A stretch of 64,000 nucleotides of DNA from Terriglobia bacterium (GTDB taxonomy: Bacteria; Acidobacteriota; Terriglobia; JAJPHL01; JAPKYU01): the NCBI GenBank assembly GCA_965223005.1, contig CBDCVK010000010.1, positions 1,440,001 to 1,504,000 on the forward strand, in the 5' to 3' direction. Below, piece after piece: positions 60,872-64,000 of the stretch. The notes under the pieces were generated by a model, which saw only the letters and a list, made by a program, of their open reading frames with translations, was not told the origin of the DNA and ran no database searches. How positions within the stretch are numbered: the stretch's first letter is position 1; each line of letters begins with the position of its first letter. Both the position numbers and the translations under genes were made by a program.

Positions 60872-61642
60872 ATGGGGAAGATCTTAAGCTTTGTGGTGAT
60901 TGTACTGTTGGCAGCGCCAGCCGCATGGGCGGGCGAACCAGCGCAGGGCGAACCAACTCAGAGCGAACCCGCACAGGAAGAGAGACCTTGGAGCCTGTCT
61001 TTTGACAGCACGTTCGTAAATAAGTATATCTGGCGCGGCCAAAACCTGAACAACAACGCTTCGTTCCAGCCCGGACTGGCGTTCAGCTACAAGAACCTCA
61101 CGATTTCTACATGGAGTCAAATCTCGCATACGGCGTTCGGCGATAGCGGTGTGGCCGGTAACCACTGGACCGAGCACGACCTGACTGTCGACTACGGCTT
61201 TGCACTTAGCGAGAAGGTTTCTATGAACGCGGGTTGGATTAATTACGCGTTTCCGAACGTGATGGAGGACCGCTACACGAACGAGTTCTACGGCGGCGTC
61301 AGCGTCGACACGCTTTTACAGCCGAGCTTCAGCGTCTACGTTGACCCGCATCTTGGAGACGGCGCCTACTACAACCTCGGCATCGGTCATGGCCTTGACC
61401 TAGGCAAAGGTTACGCTCTCAACTTGTCAGCTGCGGCCGGCCTGAACCAGGGCCAGTGGATCGACATCACGACGGTTTCCGACGTGGTGCTCGGGGTTGG
61501 CCTAGACGTTCCGGTCAGCGATAACGTCACGTTGTCCCCGTTCTGGAACTACATCACGGGCAATGACAGCCTGCGGAGGGGACCGGACGCGTTCTACTTC
61601 AGCGGCCACCTCGCGGGGGTGAATCTGAACATCAGCTACTAA
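60872..61642 (+). CDS. TorF/TIGR02001-like putative outer-membrane porin
   Basis: Signal peptide; KYIWRG..QPG, EHDLTVDY, TNEFYGGV; aromatic C-terminal residue; next to amtB-glnK. Confidence 0.8.
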   Translation: MGKILSFVVIVLLAAPAAWAGEPAQGEPTQSEPAQEERPWSLSFDSTFVNKYIWRGQNLNNNASFQPGLAFSYKNLTISTWSQISHTAFGDSGVAGNHWTEHDLTVDYGFALSEKVSMNAGWINYAFPNVMEDRYTNEFYGGVSVDTLLQPSFSVYVDPHLGDGAYYNLGIGHGLDLGKGYALNLSAAAGLNQGQWIDITTVSDVVLGVGLDVPVSDNVTLSPFWNYITGNDSLRRGPDAFYFSGHLAGVNLNISY

Positions 61643-61667
61643 CCCCGGGTTCAATAGTTGAGACTCG

Positions 61668-61707
61668 GGCATTCCGAAGAGCAGGGACTCCGCCTGCTAG
61701 GAATGCC
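61668..61707 (+). terminator. Stem-loop after the porin gene (no U-tract)
   Basis: GGCATTCC/GGAATGCC with inner AGCAGG/CCTGCT. Confidence 0.35.
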
Positions 61708-62957
61708 GTGCCTGACTCAGTTATTAAGTTCCGGGGTGTGATGACCGGTCACCCGTTCCAATAAGCTTCATTGGTGGCTCTTTCCTGCTTCACATATGGC
61801 GCGGAAGCAGCCACAGAAGGCAGTTTTTCCATCTCCCACCTTTTTGGGGACGCTTGGCAGGTCCACCCGAGCAAAAGACGACCTTGGCCGGCCTGAGCTT
61901 CACCTTTTCTTCGCCTCTGTATTCTGCTGCACGGTGGCCGACTGGCGGCGACCGCCGCCGCTTCGTGTAGGCCGCCGGTCTCAAAGCGGCCGACGCAAAC
62001 GAGGCTGCGCGCCCACCCCAAGACAGACTGGGCGCGCATTTACACGTGTGTGTTCCGCCATGCCTCTCCGCTTGATTCCTGCAAGGTGTGTGATAGTGTA
62101 AAGTAAGCTCGGGTTTTTGTGAGCCAATTCCGTTACGGCTTTGAAATGGGGAAAATCCTCGTCATCGACGACGATCCGGTGGTGCTGGCAGTGGCAGTTG
62201 AAAAGCCAATTGTTTTTGAAACGCCTCTGAATCGTGGACGTGGTTTTTGAAAAGGCCAGCAATCTGAGGAAGTTCCAGCTGTTTTAGTTCCTCCGGGTCC
62301 AGCTGCGCCAGGTTGGCAGCCCGCTCGTTCGCCATAGCCTCCATTCTGGACTGCGTCATCTTCATGGATGCCAGAGGCCGGGTGGTGATAGGGACTTATG
62401 GTGCTGAGCTTCCTGGCCTTCGGGGGGGTTCTGGCCTTGTGGATTCACCTCATTCATGGGAACCCGCCATTTGTTCTCAAAAAGACCAGCCCCGGCCGAA
62501 GCCAGCCCCGGAGTTGCAAACCGTTGCTGATCATACGCAGTGTTCATCGGGAAACAAATTACTGGTGCCGGTTGCGCAGGCACGGCAGCGAGCACCTCGG
62601 GCACCCCAACACTGTAGCGGTCTGTTCTGCATGGCAGGGTTTGCCTCTGGAGCACCGGCATTCCACCAACGCCGCGCTGCTTTAGAGCGATGCCCGGGGC
62701 GCGACGGCCCGTCCTCGGCTATTCATCTTGTCCAGGAGCGGACGACGCGCGCAAGCAGCAGTGCACCAAAGGCAAGTGCGGCCAGTAGGGCGGGCGAGAC
62801 GGCCGCCAGCACCAGCAGGTCGCGATCCAGGATCAGCCGATGGGAAACGTGCAGCGAGCTGGCAATCAACAGGACACCCATGGCGAAATAGATTGAGCGT
62901 AACACCTAGGTTGCCATTTTTCCGCCTGAGACCATAAGTGGTCAACCAACGCCGAAC

Positions 62958-63689
62958 TTACTGGACGGCCATTTTCGCGGGATTGCTCGCTTGGCCGTCG
63001 GTTTGGATCACGACGCCGAGATCGCCCGAGGGTGCATCAAGCGGCACCACAAGGTTCACCTGGTAGAGCCCCACAAATCCTGGGGCCAAGCCGGAGAAGA
63101 GCACTTCGGCAACGATACCGCCTACCGTCACCACCGGCGGAATCGAGGTGAGAGAGAGCGGAGAAGCCGAGGCGGGCGCTCCCGTGAGCGGAGCGGGAGC
63201 GACCGGTCCCAGGCCCGTGGCGTAAACAACCACCGGCTCACCCGGCGACGCCGGATTTTCGGGCGTGACAAGCTGGAAGGTCTCATTATGCAGAATGGCG
63301 CCTGCCGTGCCGTCGAGGGTAAGAATTCCCGGCTGGGCGAGCGAAATGTTGACCTCGACCGGATCGCTTAACACGCCGTTGTTGTTAACCACTACGGTCA
63401 CAGTCGCCTGCCCGGTCAGCTCGTAGGGAACCTGCAGGTTGATCTGCTCCTGGCCATCCACGGTGGCGACGGTAAACAGCGGCACGGCAATGCCACTCAG
63501 CGTCACTGAAGTTCCCTGCAACTCGGTGGGCAGCGGAAGCTGCTCGGCCAGCACGACGCCGCTCACGTCTGTGGTGATCCCCGTCCCGAAGATGGTGACG
63601 ATGGCCCCCGGCGTCACACCAGGCACAAAGCTTGCACCGTTCGCATCAGAAAACGCCGCCTCCTGCACGCTGTGGCAGTGAGAGGACAT
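62958..63689 (-). CDS. Stand-alone TIGR03437-type domain, probably the 3' part of a truncated gene
   Basis: NGASF..VTPGAIVTIFGTG, QINLQVPYE, VVYATGLG, FSGLAPGFVGLYQVN; no signal peptide or passenger domain upstream. Confidence 0.8.
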   Translation of the reverse strand: MSSHCHSVQEAAFSDANGASFVPGVTPGAIVTIFGTGITTDVSGVVLAEQLPLPTELQGTSVTLSGIAVPLFTVATVDGQEQINLQVPYELTGQATVTVVVNNNGVLSDPVEVNISLAQPGILTLDGTAGAILHNETFQLVTPENPASPGEPVVVYATGLGPVAPAPLTGAPASASPLSLTSIPPVVTVGGIVAEVLFSGLAPGFVGLYQVNLVVPLDAPSGDLGVVIQTDGQASNPAKMAVQ

Positions 63690-63758
63690 GGGGAACGCCT
63701 CGGTCACCGACACCGCGAAGGGTACATGTGGTTTCCGGGTGACTCGTGGTGGGTCGAA

Positions 63759-63884
63759 GAACCAAAACCCGCCGTGCTCTGGCGGGTGAACGGAAGGACC
63801 ACCGGGACTGCCCATGTCAGTCCCAATCTGATGCCGATCTACCGCAAGCCGGATGCTGAGCACCTGGACCTGGTGCACCTCCGG
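63759..63884 (+). pseudogene. Remnant of a YafQ-family toxin C-terminal half
   Basis: EPKTRRALAGERKDHRDC, +1 shift, HVSPNLMPIYRKPDAEHLDLVHL resembles the YafQ pattern DHALxGxWKDHRDCHIKPDLVLIYRKPD..LVRL. Confidence 0.7.
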
Positions 63885-64000
63885 GCCGGTGTAGACTCTC
63901 AAAGCAGCTTGGGCCGATCTCTCGACCTACGTTCAGCCTCACTAGCCGCTTGCCGATTGGATGATCCAAAAGAAAAGGGGAGCCCGATTCGGATCGGACT

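Overview
GC-rich bacterial chromosome segment, most consistent with Acidobacteriota (two TIGR03437-type C-terminal domains, futalosine mqnA/mqnC, archaeal-type asd in a dap operon). In order: two tandem PpiC-TPR-FG-GAP/ASPIC-UnbV paralogs; a pilC-pilB-pilM-pilN-pilO-(pilP-like)-pseudopilin cluster with no secretin; a TetR-TolC-HlyD-ABC exporter with a perfect 13-bp operator; an aldehyde dehydrogenase; proS, a class A PBP and a TPR gene; dnaB-alr; PIN/TRAM-ispD-ispF; mqnA-mqnC; dapE-like-asd-lysC-dapB-dapA-dapD; aguB-aguA; hemY-hemD-GT9; and amtB-glnK-TorF-like porin. I found no rRNA, tRNA, CRISPR array, transposase or integrase. The most interesting unexplained signals are (i) short-period (7-9 nt) repeat hairpins at operon junctions, including two near-identical copies bracketing pilM; (ii) the secreted rotamase-propeller paralogs, which differ in clustered short motifs and sit next to the pilus/T2SS genes; (iii) a pseudopilin with very large Gly/Gln/Pro disordered regions; and (iv) gene remnants missed by the ORF track (class III aminotransferase, second amtB, YafQ toxin). 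Several single-base frameshifts (pseudopilin, asd, a small Lys/Gly protein) may be assembly errors. All family assignments come from motif recognition by eye; no searches were run.
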